This document shows, piece by piece, positions 39,866 to 50,287 of a DNA stretch of 64,000 bases (the first letter of the stretch is position 1; every line of letters starts with the position of its first letter). This DNA comes from Candidatus Omnitrophota bacterium (GTDB lineage Bacteria; Omnitrophota; Gorgyraeia; Gygaellales; Profunditerraquicolaceae): positions 199,992 through 263,991 of the forward strand of contig JBAZTA010000003.1 in the NCBI GenBank assembly GCA_041662125.1, given 5' to 3'. The translations under genes and the position numbers were made by a program. The notes under the pieces were generated by a model. The model saw only the letters and a list, made by a program, of their open reading frames with translations. It searched no databases and was not told the origin of the DNA.

Positions 39866-40813
39866 CTACTTTTTCCCGAATTCTTCTCCGGGCTGAATTT
39901 TATGGCCGGCAATGAATTCTTCAGCAGACATGAGGCGCTTTCCCTGAAGCTGTAATTCTAAAATACGAATACAACCCTGACCGGTCGCAACAACAATCCC
40001 TTTTTTATCCGTATGCACAATACTGCCGCACCTGAACCGTAGTGGATCAAAAGAGTACGCCTCTAATACTGCAGTTTTATATATCTTTACGATTTGGCAG
40101 CGGTAATACGTGAAACTGCCCGGCCAGGGAAGGCAGCCCCTGATATGGTTTTGTATTGCCTCAGCCGTATTCTGCCAATTTATTAAACCGTCTTCTTTCT
40201 TGAGTTTAGGCGCATAAACAGCCCTGGATTCATCCTGAGGGATAAGCGTAAAATCCCGGCGCACGATCATCCCTATTGATTCAACAACTAATTGAGCAGT
40301 TAAAACGGATAATGTTTTCTCCATACCCACAGCCGTATCTTCGTTTGAAATAGGGACTTCTGAAGTTAGTAATACCGGCCCTGCATCCATTTTTCTGATT
40401 ACTTTAATAATGCTTACCCCGGTTGTTTTTTCACCATTGATGATAGCCCAATTGATCGGAGCCGCCCCCCGGTATTTCGGCAAAACAGACGCATGCGCAT
40501 TGATCGAAATGATCCTGGGGATATCTAAGACTTCCTGCGATAAAATCTGGCCGTAGGCGATAATGATAAAGAGATCCGGGCGTAAGCTTTTTAGATACCT
40601 GACCGATTCCTCGTCATTGACCGCTGCCGGTTGGAAAACAGGTATCCTCGCTCCCTGGGCAGTCTCTTTAACCAGGGTTGCAGACAGATGCATGCCGCGG
40701 CCTTTTGGTTTATCAGGCACAGTCACAACAGCAGAAACATTCAGGCCCAAACGAAGTATTTCTTTTAATGAGGCTACGCCAAAATGTGCACTTCCAAAGA
40801 AAACAATATTCAT
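39866..40813 (-). CDS. fmt: methionyl-tRNA formyltransferase
   Basis: IVFFGSAHFG start, the formyltransferase core (NAHASVLPKYRGAAPINWAIINGE) and a C-terminal Fmt domain. Confidence 0.95.
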   Translation of the reverse strand: MNIVFFGSAHFGVASLKEILRLGLNVSAVVTVPDKPKGRGMHLSATLVKETAQGARIPVFQPAAVNDEESVRYLKSLRPDLFIIIAYGQILSQEVLDIPRIISINAHASVLPKYRGAAPINWAIINGEKTTGVSIIKVIRKMDAGPVLLTSEVPISNEDTAVGMEKTLSVLTAQLVVESIGMIVRRDFTLIPQDESRAVYAPKLKKEDGLINWQNTAEAIQNHIRGCLPWPGSFTYYRCQIVKIYKTAVLEAYSFDPLRFRCGSIVHTDKKGIVVATGQGCIRILELQLQGKRLMSAEEFIAGHKIQPGEEFGKK

Positions 40814-40827
40814 AAGTACAGTACGAG

Positions 40828-42693
40828 TTATAACGGGTCAATATCAACAGTCACTATTATACCAGAATGTGAAAGTTTTTTTAACGAAGTTTTTAAAAAA
40901 TCTGATAATTTCTGGGCAGTCACCGCATGCAAAACGATCTGCCAATAAAAATTACCCCTGAGTTTGGCGTGCTGCCCGGGATTCACTGATATAACCGATA
41001 TATCGGCCTTGCCTGTTTTCTCCCGAAGTGCACTAAAAAGGTTTTCACTGACCGTTTTTACTTTCTCCTCTTTTGCGCCTCTGATTTTAACCAACCCCAT
41101 ATGCCGGATGGGGGGAAAATCAAGTTGCGTGCGCATAGAAAGCTCTTCCTCATAAAAAAGAGACGGTTTGTTTTGCTCTAAAGCCGAAAAACAATAATGG
41201 TGAGGAAGGCTGGTCTGTATGACCATTTTCTGGCCGGCTAAACGCAGAAGGCTGGTCAATATGTAATAGGCTTTTTCGCTCGAACGAAAATCGACGCGGT
41301 TAAACTCATGGTCGATCGCTAAAACAACCACCAGGCTAAACGTTGCGCACGCGTATTTAAAAACCGACTGCGTAGCCACAAAAATATCGGCACTTAACGG
41401 ATCAAAGTCTTCTATTTCTTCTATTTGTTTAATCACGGCCTGCGGGAACAATCTGGCGAGTTCACTCTCTATTTTTTCAGTACCGGCGCCTGAATATTTT
41501 ATGTAACCGGAATTACACTGAGGGCAGATCTCCGGAGGCTTTATTTTATAATTGCAATAGTGGCACGATAAAACATTGTCTTTATAATGATAGACAACAT
41601 TGATATTACACCGGGGGCATTTTAAAATATTCCCGCAATGCTGGCAGGCGGCAAAGGTCGCGAAACCTTTACGATTGATGAATAAAAGTATTTTCTCGCG
41701 CGCCTGTATTGCGGACAGAATGGCATCCTGAACATATAAAGACAGGACTAATGCCTTTTTACGGTTGAACATAGGCAGATTCTTTAGATCAATAATCTTA
41801 ACCTGGGGAAAATTCTTTTCTTCTACACCCATAGATTTGATTGTGCCTTTTTGAGCCAAAAAGAAGCTTTCCAATGAAGGTGCGATGCTCGACAGTAAAC
41901 AGGTTGCCTTCTGGCTCCTGGCGCGCATTAAGGCTACTTCACGCGCATGATAATGCGGAACCTGATCTTGTTTAAACCCGGAATCCTGCTCCTCATCGAT
42001 AATGATCAGTCCCAGGTTCTCTACCGGCGCGAAGACAGCAGAACGGGTCCCGACAACAATCTGAAGGGCACCCTGCTTTATTTTTACCCATTCATCCAAT
42101 TCAGTACGATATTCACGATACAAGACACCCACCGGAACATGGAGTTTTTCCGTAATCAGGTTTTGCGCTTTCTGAACTGCTTTAATATCAGGGAACAGTA
42201 CAATGGCGGTTTGTTTTCTCTCTAATACCAGCGCCAAGGCTTCCCAATACCGGTCCCAGCGCAGTTTTCCACCCCAGTCATGAATAAGAACGGTTTCTGG
42301 CTGAAAATGCTCTTGTAAAACCCGGGGAGTATGCAGCTGGCCTTCAATACCGGCTGCAGGAGATAAAGGCAATCGTTTACCTTTACGTAAACCTTGCGGC
42401 AAAGCAGTCTCTATCGCTTCACCCCAGGAACAACAATAATACTGTGAAACTTCCCTGGTTAACGCTAACAGTTCCTCGTTTAATACGGGAAAATCGTCTA
42501 AACACTCTAAGATCGGCTTTACCTTCGCAATAGTGGTTTTATTGCTCAGGTTCACGACATAGCCGATCATCTTCACAGCCCTGAAATTAACGAACACCCT
42601 GCTGCCAGGCTTTATCGTCTGTTCTAATTCCGAGGGAACCGAATAATCAAAGGGGCCTTCAAGTGGTAACCCCAGATGTACCTGCGCAAACAT
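40828..42693 (-). CDS. priA: primosomal protein N' (PriA) with degenerate helicase ATPase motifs
   Basis: N-terminal 3'-DNA-binding domain (PLEGPFDYSVP), the Cys-rich zinc-binding region (CQHCG...CPRCN...CHYCN...CPQCN) and the C-terminal domain are PriA-like. Walker A reads HDWGGKL instead of GVTGSGKT, motif II is DEEQ instead of DEEH, and motif III is SSIAP. Confidence 0.85.
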   Translation of the reverse strand: MFAQVHLGLPLEGPFDYSVPSELEQTIKPGSRVFVNFRAVKMIGYVVNLSNKTTIAKVKPILECLDDFPVLNEELLALTREVSQYYCCSWGEAIETALPQGLRKGKRLPLSPAAGIEGQLHTPRVLQEHFQPETVLIHDWGGKLRWDRYWEALALVLERKQTAIVLFPDIKAVQKAQNLITEKLHVPVGVLYREYRTELDEWVKIKQGALQIVVGTRSAVFAPVENLGLIIIDEEQDSGFKQDQVPHYHAREVALMRARSQKATCLLSSIAPSLESFFLAQKGTIKSMGVEEKNFPQVKIIDLKNLPMFNRKKALVLSLYVQDAILSAIQAREKILLFINRKGFATFAACQHCGNILKCPRCNINVVYHYKDNVLSCHYCNYKIKPPEICPQCNSGYIKYSGAGTEKIESELARLFPQAVIKQIEEIEDFDPLSADIFVATQSVFKYACATFSLVVVLAIDHEFNRVDFRSSEKAYYILTSLLRLAGQKMVIQTSLPHHYCFSALEQNKPSLFYEEELSMRTQLDFPPIRHMGLVKIRGAKEEKVKTVSENLFSALREKTGKADISVISVNPGQHAKLRGNFYWQIVLHAVTAQKLSDFLKTSLKKLSHSGIIVTVDIDPL

Positions 42694-43735
42694 AACGCAT
42701 TATCTCCCGTGTAGAAAAAGGTTTTCTGATTTTCTGCCCATGTGCGCGTAAAGAATCGAGTTTTTCAGGATGGCTTTTAAGCTCGAGGATAAGGCTCTGT
42801 ATTTCAGGCAAATTTTTTGACGCAACAGCGCAACCGTAACCGATAAGGATCCGCGCATTGGCGCTTTCCTGGCCAAAGATCCCCCGGGTGAAAACAATCG
42901 GCAGGTTAATCGCTAACGCTTCCGAGATGCTCAACCCCCCCGGTTTGGTTATGACCACATCGACTTCAGACATGATCCGGGGGATATCTTCGGTATAACC
43001 GAATAATTCGATTCCCTTGCGGGCTTTTTTCTTCAAACGGTTATACAAAGCGGCATTGTTACCGCAGACAACCCAAAGATGTGCCTTATCCGCAAGCAAA
43101 GCAACGATCTCTTCAATAAAAGAAAAACCAAATGAACCGGTAAAAAGCAAGACGCTAAAAAGAGGATTAGAACGCTTAAAGCTGCGCCCAAAACTTTCCC
43201 GCACGGGAATACCGAATATTTTAATCTTATCTTCTGTGATCCCAAAAGCAAGCACTTCTTTCTTTGTTGCTTCACAAGCAACCACATAATCATCGCAACC
43301 CCGGTTGATCCATAATGGATGCACTCCAAAATCAGTAATTATGGTCACTAAACGGGATGCTATTCGTTTCTGTCCTTTAAGGCCGGCAGCTATATCTGCC
43401 GGAAAGAAATGCGTGGAAATAATGATATCGGGATTCCGCTCAACCAGGAATTTTCTAAACCTGTTGGCGCAACCCCAGCTTAGTTTATTGAACAACCAGC
43501 GGATACCATCGTTATACGTAATAGAAAAAAGGAACGCCCAAAGAAAACCCAAATGGCTTGCCACCACATAGTATCCCCGGGAGTACAAAAAAGAAAAAAA
43601 CGAATTCGTATACTTAAGAATATCTACAACTTCGATATCGGTCGTTGCGTAGTGTTCTTTACAATGCGAAAAAAGTGCCTCGGCTGCCTGCTGGTGCCCC
43701 CTGCCTGCTGAAGCATAAACGACAATAATTTTCAT
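42659..43735 (-). CDS. glycosyltransferase, MGDG synthase/UgtP-like (GT28 family)
   Basis: N-terminus IVVYASAGRGHQQAAEAL is typical of MGDG-synthase/MurG-like GT-B enzymes. 358 aa. The 3' end overlaps the priA start by 35 nt. Confidence 0.7.
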   Translation of the reverse strand: MKIIVVYASAGRGHQQAAEALFSHCKEHYATTDIEVVDILKYTNSFFSFLYSRGYYVVASHLGFLWAFLFSITYNDGIRWLFNKLSWGCANRFRKFLVERNPDIIISTHFFPADIAAGLKGQKRIASRLVTIITDFGVHPLWINRGCDDYVVACEATKKEVLAFGITEDKIKIFGIPVRESFGRSFKRSNPLFSVLLFTGSFGFSFIEEIVALLADKAHLWVVCGNNAALYNRLKKKARKGIELFGYTEDIPRIMSEVDVVITKPGGLSISEALAINLPIVFTRGIFGQESANARILIGYGCAVASKNLPEIQSLILELKSHPEKLDSLRAHGQKIRKPFSTREIMRYVCAGTSGVTT

Positions 43736-43747
43736 ACTGATGATTGG

Positions 43748-44338
43748 TTATGCGCGTAAGACTAATTCGACAGCTTCAGTCAAATCGCGCGAAATAAAAT
43801 CAGGCTGCGCGGTCCAAAGTTTTTTATTGCCCGCTTTTTCTTTACCTGAAAAGACTAAAATTGATTTACAACCGGCATTCACAGCAGTATGAATATCAAC
43901 CATGTTATCTCCGATAAAAAATGCCTCTGCCAAAACACTCTCTCTGAGCCCGTATTCCTTCATCGCTTTTTTGATAAGACCGATTTTTGGTTTACGGCAG
44001 GCGCAATTATCGCGCGGTGCATGCACGCAATAATAAACCTGATTGATAAACGCCTGTGATTTTTCCAGGGCTTTGCGCATTTTGTCTGTTATTTCATCCA
44101 GGACAGCCTGCGAATAAAGCCCCTTTGCGACTCCCGATTGGTTTGAAATGACAAAAACCAAATAACCGGCAGCCGAAAGCTTTTCCAACGCTCTCTTTGC
44201 CCCCGGGAGAAAGCGGAACCCTTCCCAAGATACCACAAAACGGTTTTCTCCCGGGTATCGGTTAATAACGCCGTCACGGTCTAAAAAAACGACCCTTGTA
44301 TTGCGGGAAAACTTATTTTTCTTGTGCCGGCGCGGCAT
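43748..44338 (-). CDS. gmhB: D-glycero-D-manno-heptose 1,7-bisphosphate phosphatase (HAD family)
   Basis: ORF 43748..44395; preferred start MPRRHKK at 44338. HAD motif I (VVFLDRDGVIN), the GmhB zinc-binding CxH...CxC (CVHAPRDNCACRKP) and FIGDNMVD. Confidence 0.8.
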   Translation of the reverse strand: MPRRHKKNKFSRNTRVVFLDRDGVINRYPGENRFVVSWEGFRFLPGAKRALEKLSAAGYLVFVISNQSGVAKGLYSQAVLDEITDKMRKALEKSQAFINQVYYCVHAPRDNCACRKPKIGLIKKAMKEYGLRESVLAEAFFIGDNMVDIHTAVNAGCKSILVFSGKEKAGNKKLWTAQPDFISRDLTEAVELVLRA

Positions 44339-45095
44339 TCTGTTTTGCCTCCCAATATTTCGCGTATGCCATGATCTGATAGAGGCCTGAAGCAAGCGCC
44401 ATCATAAAGCCGATAAAACCATCTTTATAGCCTTTTTTACCGAAATAAAATTTCATAAAACGCGAAAAGATCTTTACCATACACAGGCCAAAACTCATTT
44501 TTCGCTTATCACGCAGCCATTTCTTAGCCTCAAAATCAGTCTGATGGTTTAATTTACTAAAAAGATTCTTAAAATCCCTATAGGCAAAATGAATGATGTC
44601 ATTTTTGAGAGTAAAGGTCTTTCCTTCCATAAAAGCGCGGGGATGATATTCGGCATCCTCTTCATACTTAAACTCACTCTTACGGAAAAGCTTTAATTTC
44701 GCGTTCGGATACCAGCCTCCATAGCGTATCCAATAGGTGCCGATGAAATTGCGGTGAGGGATATTGTAACCGTTGAATTTCGCGCCTTCCTTAAAGATCG
44801 CGATTATTTCATCCTTCAGTTCAGGGGTGACCCGTTCATCAGAATCAAGGCTTAATATATAGTCATATGATGCTTTAGCGTAGGCTAAATTACGATGCAA
44901 TCCTTCCTTATCCCATTTACGGACCGAAACCTTATCGGTATATTTTTTAACGATCTCCAATGTCCGGTCAGTGCTCATATCATCCACAATGATTATTTCG
45001 CTCACCCAGCCAGCAACGCTTTTTAAACAATCCTCAATAATATCCTGGCTGTTTTTAGTCAACGTCACCACAGAAATCTTTATTTTATCCTGCAT
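44313..45095 (-). CDS. glycosyltransferase family 2
   Basis: ISVVTLTKNSQDIIEDCL ... IIIVDDMSTDRT and the DxD-type region are GT-A/GT2-like. 260 aa. Confidence 0.8.
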   Translation of the reverse strand: MQDKIKISVVTLTKNSQDIIEDCLKSVAGWVSEIIIVDDMSTDRTLEIVKKYTDKVSVRKWDKEGLHRNLAYAKASYDYILSLDSDERVTPELKDEIIAIFKEGAKFNGYNIPHRNFIGTYWIRYGGWYPNAKLKLFRKSEFKYEEDAEYHPRAFMEGKTFTLKNDIIHFAYRDFKNLFSKLNHQTDFEAKKWLRDKRKMSFGLCMVKIFSRFMKFYFGKKGYKDGFIGFMMALASGLYQIMAYAKYWEAKQNAAPAQEK

Positions 45096-46237
45096 TATCC
45101 CTCCTTAATAGGTGATATTCCAACTACTGCATCCCGCAGTTGCTGCACAACATACGTTATCTGGGAAACCTTCATAAACGGGAACAGCGGCAAAGAAATG
45201 ATCTCAGAAGAAACCTTCTCGGAAACAGGAAAATCTCCGATTTTATATCCCAATGACGCATAAACTTTCTGCAAATGAAGCGGGATCGGATAATGGACAA
45301 TAACACCGACGCCTTTTTTATGCAATCTTTTTACCACACTATCACGGTTTTTCACTCGTATCGCGTATACGTGATAAACATGAGTTGATTTATCCGCAAC
45401 CCAAGGGATAACAACTCCCGGGATATCCCGTAACCCCGCGTCATAGCAAAGGGCCGCTTTCTGCCGGGACCTGTTCCAGGCATTAAGATGTTTAAGTTTT
45501 TCCCGTAACAGCGCTGCTTGCAGCGTATCCAAGCGGGAATTATACCCGAGAACCGCATGCTCGTATTTTGACACCCTTCCGCAATCCCTCAAAATAAGCA
45601 AGCTGCGGTACAAAGCTTCGTCATTGGTAACCAGCATACCGCCGTCACCAAAACATCCGAGGTTTTTCGAAGGATAAAAACTAAAACACCCGATATCGCC
45701 GATTGCGCCCACTGGTTTACGCTGGTTACCTGATACCTGATAGAGCGCGCCATGCGCCTGAGCAGCATCTTCGACAACTTTCAGGTTGTACTCTTTGGCT
45801 AATTTCATGATCTGACGCATTGCAGCAGGCTGACCATACAAATGAACGGGAATAATCGCCTTGGTCTTGTTGGTAAGAGCTTTCTTTATTTTCTCAACAT
45901 CAAGAGTATAGGTAGCCTCATCAATATCGACAAAAACAGGTTTTGCGCCCGTATACGTTACTGCTAAAGCAGTAGCAATAAAGGTAAAATCAGGAACAAT
46001 GACTTCATCTCCCGGCCCGATTCCCAAACTAACCAACGCCAGGAATAAGGCGGCAGTCCCTGAGCTGACGCCAATACCATAGCGGGCATTACAAAACTGC
46101 GCAAACTCTTGTTCAAACAGGCGCACATCTTCCCCGAGTATAAAATCCCCCCGGGTGATTACCCGCTCTATTGCTTTGCTGATCGGTATCTTTAATTTCT
46201 TATGGATAATGCCGAGATCTGAAAATGGGATGTTCAC
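45095..46237 (-). CDS. DegT/DnrJ/EryC1/StrS-family sugar aminotransferase
   Basis: FILGEDVRLFEQEFA...GIGVSSGTAAL, with the PLP-Lys in FSFYPSKNLG. 380 aa. Confidence 0.9.
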   Translation of the reverse strand: MNIPFSDLGIIHKKLKIPISKAIERVITRGDFILGEDVRLFEQEFAQFCNARYGIGVSSGTAALFLALVSLGIGPGDEVIVPDFTFIATALAVTYTGAKPVFVDIDEATYTLDVEKIKKALTNKTKAIIPVHLYGQPAAMRQIMKLAKEYNLKVVEDAAQAHGALYQVSGNQRKPVGAIGDIGCFSFYPSKNLGCFGDGGMLVTNDEALYRSLLILRDCGRVSKYEHAVLGYNSRLDTLQAALLREKLKHLNAWNRSRQKAALCYDAGLRDIPGVVIPWVADKSTHVYHVYAIRVKNRDSVVKRLHKKGVGVIVHYPIPLHLQKVYASLGYKIGDFPVSEKVSSEIISLPLFPFMKVSQITYVVQQLRDAVVGISPIKEG

Positions 46238-47316
46238 AAAAGCCTCCTTATCGCGTCAAAGACTTCCTCAGTTAATATCGTATTAATACATGCTCTATCC
46301 CGCTCACAAGCGCCGAGTTTAAACTTCTGGTAACAGGGCCTGCAGGTGAGGTCTTTTTTTACTACAATATGCCTGTTAGACGGAGGAAAAGGGCCGTAGA
46401 CCGCATCATCAACCGGCCCGAATATCGAGACCGTCTTCTTGCCTAAGGCGACCGCGCAATGGAGTGGACCGCCATCATTGGCGACAAGCAGATCAACATT
46501 ATTGATCAAGGAGACAAATTCCTCGATATTTGTTTTGCCTACCAGGTCAATGGCCTTATACCTCATTGAATACATGATAAAATCAGCGATATCCCGTTCA
46601 GACTCATCCCCTAAAATGACGACCTTAGCGCCAAGTTCAGAAATGATCTTATCCGATAACTGAGTAAACCGTATAGCCGGCCAGCGTTTAAAAGCAGCAT
46701 CTTTGCCCCAACTGGCACCCACTCCGGGGGCAATACCGATCACCGTATCCCCTTCTTTTATCCCAAGCCGGCTGAGGATATACTTGCCTTTCACATTATT
46801 AATAGGAGACACGGACAAGTCTAAATCCTTAGTTTGAGGTTGAATGTTCAAGAATCGCAATAAGTCTAAATAAAACTCAACGACATGTTTTGAGCTGTAA
46901 CTTTCAATAGGGATAGTATCCGTCAAAAACTTTCCCCGGTTTTTATAATTAAAACCTATCCTTTTTTTTATCCCTAAGAACTGAGTGAAAAAACTGTAGC
47001 GATAGTCTAAAGAAAAATCGATCGCGATATCAAAAGACTCGCCTTTTATATCTTTTAATAAGCGCACCAATCTCAGGAGTGCCTTGACCTTAGATTTCTT
47101 ATATAAACGTTTTAAGTCCCCGCGAGAAAGCGCGAAGATAATATCAATATTTTTATTGTGTTTTAAGACTTCTTTTACCCGCTCATTGCACCAATATGCA
47201 ATAACGCCTTCAGGAAAGTTTTGCCTCAGCGCGCGGACCACCGGAGTTGTGAAAAGCACATCGCCGATGCCGAACGGATTAATCACTAATATTTTCTTTA
47301 TTTTTTTATCTTCCAT
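46234..47316 (-). CDS. glycosyltransferase family 9 (heptosyltransferase)
   Basis: ILVINPFGIGDVLFTTPVVRAL N-terminus and a C-terminal GT9 block (VANDGGPLHCAVALGKKTVSIFGP). Confidence 0.85.
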   Translation of the reverse strand: MEDKKIKKILVINPFGIGDVLFTTPVVRALRQNFPEGVIAYWCNERVKEVLKHNKNIDIIFALSRGDLKRLYKKSKVKALLRLVRLLKDIKGESFDIAIDFSLDYRYSFFTQFLGIKKRIGFNYKNRGKFLTDTIPIESYSSKHVVEFYLDLLRFLNIQPQTKDLDLSVSPINNVKGKYILSRLGIKEGDTVIGIAPGVGASWGKDAAFKRWPAIRFTQLSDKIISELGAKVVILGDESERDIADFIMYSMRYKAIDLVGKTNIEEFVSLINNVDLLVANDGGPLHCAVALGKKTVSIFGPVDDAVYGPFPPSNRHIVVKKDLTCRPCYQKFKLGACERDRACINTILTEEVFDAIRRLL

Positions 47317-47335
47317 GTGGTTTTAAAATCACCTT

Positions 47336-48313
47336 TTATCTCTTATCAGAACCAAGTTTCTCTTTTACTGCCGCAAAAACTTCCGCTACTGTTATATCGC
47401 TGATATTCTCTTTGGCGATAACATGATGGCCTTTGCCCCACGGCCCCCATCGACGCGGACGCTTACCCGGGATATCATTGCGAAAAAGAGCTATTACCGC
47501 AGTTCCAACACAAGCTGCTAAATGGACCGGCCCGCTGTCAGCAGAAACAAGCAGCCGGGACTTTTTTAAAAGCGCGGCTAATTGCACAAGGCTGGTTTTC
47601 CCGGTCAGATCATGGATCTTCTGCCCAGGATTAACTTTCCATGCAAAACCTTTCAATGACTCAAGCTGCCCCCCAATAAGCACCGTCGTTACCTCTAATT
47701 CTTTTCCTATTGCTTCGATCAAACACTTAAAATTCTCTAACGGCCACTGTTTTACCGGGTCACTCGTCCAGGGGTGAATAACGACCAATCTGTCATTGAC
47801 AGGAAAAGAAAGATCTTTTAACAGGTCAGAGGCTTTACTTTCATCTAACGACAGCGAAAGCGCCTTATCAGCTACCTCTATTCCCAAACATTGCAGCAAT
47901 TCGCAATTGGATTCAACTTCATGTTTTAACCCTGAATCCTTGGTATCACGAATGCTTTTAGTCAAAAGAAATCCCCATTTCCTTCGGTATCCTAACCGAA
48001 TTCTTATCCCTGCCAGAAAACAAACCAGGTGCGATTCTTTGCTCGGATTAAAAACAACTGACAGGTCAAATCGCTTTTTTTTAAGTTCGAAAGCAAACTT
48101 CATTATTTCAGCAAAGCGGTGTAAACGATTCTCCCATGCGAGCACCTCATTGACACCTTCGATAACTGCGGCGAGCGGTTTTACTGACGGATGCGCCACT
48201 ACCGTAAGTGAGGCCCCCGGGTAAGAACGTTTTAAAGCCCGTAACGCAGGGATAATCAAGAGGAATTCGCCAAAACGGTCATTACGAAATACTATTATTT
48301 TTTTTATCGCCAT
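47336..48313 (-). CDS. glycosyltransferase family 9 (heptosyltransferase)
   Basis: IIVFRNDRFGEFLLIIPALRAL N-terminus and C-terminal SADSGPVHLAACVGTAVIALF. Confidence 0.85.
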   Translation of the reverse strand: MAIKKIIVFRNDRFGEFLLIIPALRALKRSYPGASLTVVAHPSVKPLAAVIEGVNEVLAWENRLHRFAEIMKFAFELKKKRFDLSVVFNPSKESHLVCFLAGIRIRLGYRRKWGFLLTKSIRDTKDSGLKHEVESNCELLQCLGIEVADKALSLSLDESKASDLLKDLSFPVNDRLVVIHPWTSDPVKQWPLENFKCLIEAIGKELEVTTVLIGGQLESLKGFAWKVNPGQKIHDLTGKTSLVQLAALLKKSRLLVSADSGPVHLAACVGTAVIALFRNDIPGKRPRRWGPWGKGHHVIAKENISDITVAEVFAAVKEKLGSDKR

Positions 48314-48343
48314 ACCAAAATACCATGGATTTAAAGCCTGACC

Positions 48344-49564
48344 TTAAGGCTTAATGAACTTGCGCAAAGATAATGAAATACCCACAAAATACCAGAACAT
48401 GATCGCGACCCGTGAATAATAAAGGCTTGATTCGGTCACGCCGTTTATCAAGAATGCGGTAAAACAAGCAACCAGTGACACTGCCAGCACTTTTACATAC
48501 GTATCAGTTGATCGCTTATACACACGGATCAGTTCCCTGCAGAGTATTCCCAAGAAACAAAAGAAAATTCCTAAACCAATTAAACCAACTTCACCGGCCA
48601 TCTGAAAAAAATTACTCTGAGCATAACTTGACGCGGGTGTAACACAATACTCTTCAGCTTTCTTTGTTTTATATTTTCCGTAATTTTGAGAAAATGTATT
48701 GACTCCCACCCCTATAAAAGGATGCTGTTGGATCATATTCATTGAATTCATGTACATACTCAAACGATCCTCGTTAAAAAGAAAAACCAATGGATTATAC
48801 TTACGCTTTTGCGCCCAGGTTTTAATATTCTTGGGCATGACTAACGGATAAATCAGCAAAATCCCTATTAAAAATACAGCCAGGGCTTTTTTTCTCAATA
48901 TGACCGCAAGCAATAAAGCGCTTGCAAATAACCCCAATCCTGAACCGCGGGACAGAGTCAGATAAATACCCATTGCCGTAAACAGGAAAACGATAAGCCA
49001 TGAGATCTTTTCTTTACCCGAATAATATGCAAGCCCAAGGCCAAGAATAAGCGGCGCGATCAAACCTAAGAAAATACCCATAACATTCGGGTTAGGAAAC
49101 GGCCCTGTGGGCCGGGACAAATTAATTAAACATGATTGCAACGCTTCGAGGTGCACAAAATCCCATCCCAGGCGAAGTTGCCAAAACGCATCGACACTTA
49201 CGAATAAGCACGTAAACACCAGTCCCATCACGATCTTTTTGATGTGTTCAACAGTGCGGATCTCTTCAGCGCAAATCAAGAAAATCAAGCCGTATTTTAA
49301 AAGCTTAAGGATACCTTGGCGGTTTGCCGGATACAGCAGGACATTTGAATTCAGTATGGAAAGAACGGCTATTGCCAGAAATAACAAAAAAGGCACCGTA
49401 AGAGGTGTTTTCATAAAAACAGGCTGACGCAGCATGATCTTTTTGCCAAAATAACCAAAAGCTAAGAACCCCAGGGCCGTATTTGAAAATCCTGTAGATA
49501 TCGCCACAGAAAACGGAACCAAGACAATTGACCAGTACGCAATGAGTTCAAATATTTTCAGCAT
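48344..49564 (-). CDS. O-antigen ligase/polymerase family membrane protein (WaaL/Wzy_C-like)
   Basis: 406 aa with about 10 TM segments, plus the loop containing LTLSRGSGLGLF that is typical of the Wzy_C domain. Confidence 0.7.
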   Translation of the reverse strand: MLKIFELIAYWSIVLVPFSVAISTGFSNTALGFLAFGYFGKKIMLRQPVFMKTPLTVPFLLFLAIAVLSILNSNVLLYPANRQGILKLLKYGLIFLICAEEIRTVEHIKKIVMGLVFTCLFVSVDAFWQLRLGWDFVHLEALQSCLINLSRPTGPFPNPNVMGIFLGLIAPLILGLGLAYYSGKEKISWLIVFLFTAMGIYLTLSRGSGLGLFASALLLAVILRKKALAVFLIGILLIYPLVMPKNIKTWAQKRKYNPLVFLFNEDRLSMYMNSMNMIQQHPFIGVGVNTFSQNYGKYKTKKAEEYCVTPASSYAQSNFFQMAGEVGLIGLGIFFCFLGILCRELIRVYKRSTDTYVKVLAVSLVACFTAFLINGVTESSLYYSRVAIMFWYFVGISLSLRKFIKP

Positions 49565-49577
49565 AGGGCCCTCTTTC

Positions 49578-50252
49578 TTAATTAAACCGGAATTTAAAAA
49601 TCCTTACCACTGCCCACAAACCGTCACGGATCCTTATTTTCTTGCCTTGAGAATATGTGCGCGGCTGGTATGTTACCGGCACTTCAACAATACGTAACTT
49701 CTTTTTTATAGCCTTGGCAAGGATCTCAATTTCTATATCAAAGCTTCCAGACACAAGGCCAAGATCGAGAATACTGGTTCTGCGCATCAGCTTATAGCAG
49801 GTAAAACAATCATTTAACCTGACGCCAAACAAAATATTAACAAGTCCGGTCAACAAACGGTTGCCGATTTTAGGAATAGCCATTCCAAAATAGCCTTTCA
49901 TGAAACGCGCTCCTAAAATAATATCGCCCTTACCCAGTTTGGCTTGTTCAAGCAATTTCATATAATCATGGGGGTCATACTCAAAATCAGCATCCTGCAC
50001 AATTAAATATTCACCACTCGCGTGAGACAACCCGGTCAAGACAGCCGCTCCCTTGCCCCGGTTAGTGCCGTGGTGAATGATTTTAACGTTCGGATAAGAA
50101 ATTGCCCTTAAAATCTTTCCCGTGCCATCAGATGAACCATCATCAACAACTATAATCTCTTTATCAATAGGGATATCGATGATCTTCTTAATGACCCCTG
50201 CGATCATTGTTTCTTCATTATAAACAGGTACAATTACTGAAAGTTCAGCCAT
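49578..50252 (-). CDS. glycosyltransferase family 2, polyprenyl-phosphate sugar transferase (DPM1/GtrB-like)
   Basis: LSVIVPVYNEE...IIVVDDGSSDGT...YLIVQDADFEYDP. 224 aa. Confidence 0.85.
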   Translation of the reverse strand: MAELSVIVPVYNEETMIAGVIKKIIDIPIDKEIIVVDDGSSDGTGKILRAISYPNVKIIHHGTNRGKGAAVLTGLSHASGEYLIVQDADFEYDPHDYMKLLEQAKLGKGDIILGARFMKGYFGMAIPKIGNRLLTGLVNILFGVRLNDCFTCYKLMRRTSILDLGLVSGSFDIEIEILAKAIKKKLRIVEVPVTYQPRTYSQGKKIRIRDGLWAVVRIFKFRFN

Positions 50253-50287
50253 TTTCTTCTCCGAATAATAATACCGCCAAAGCTATG

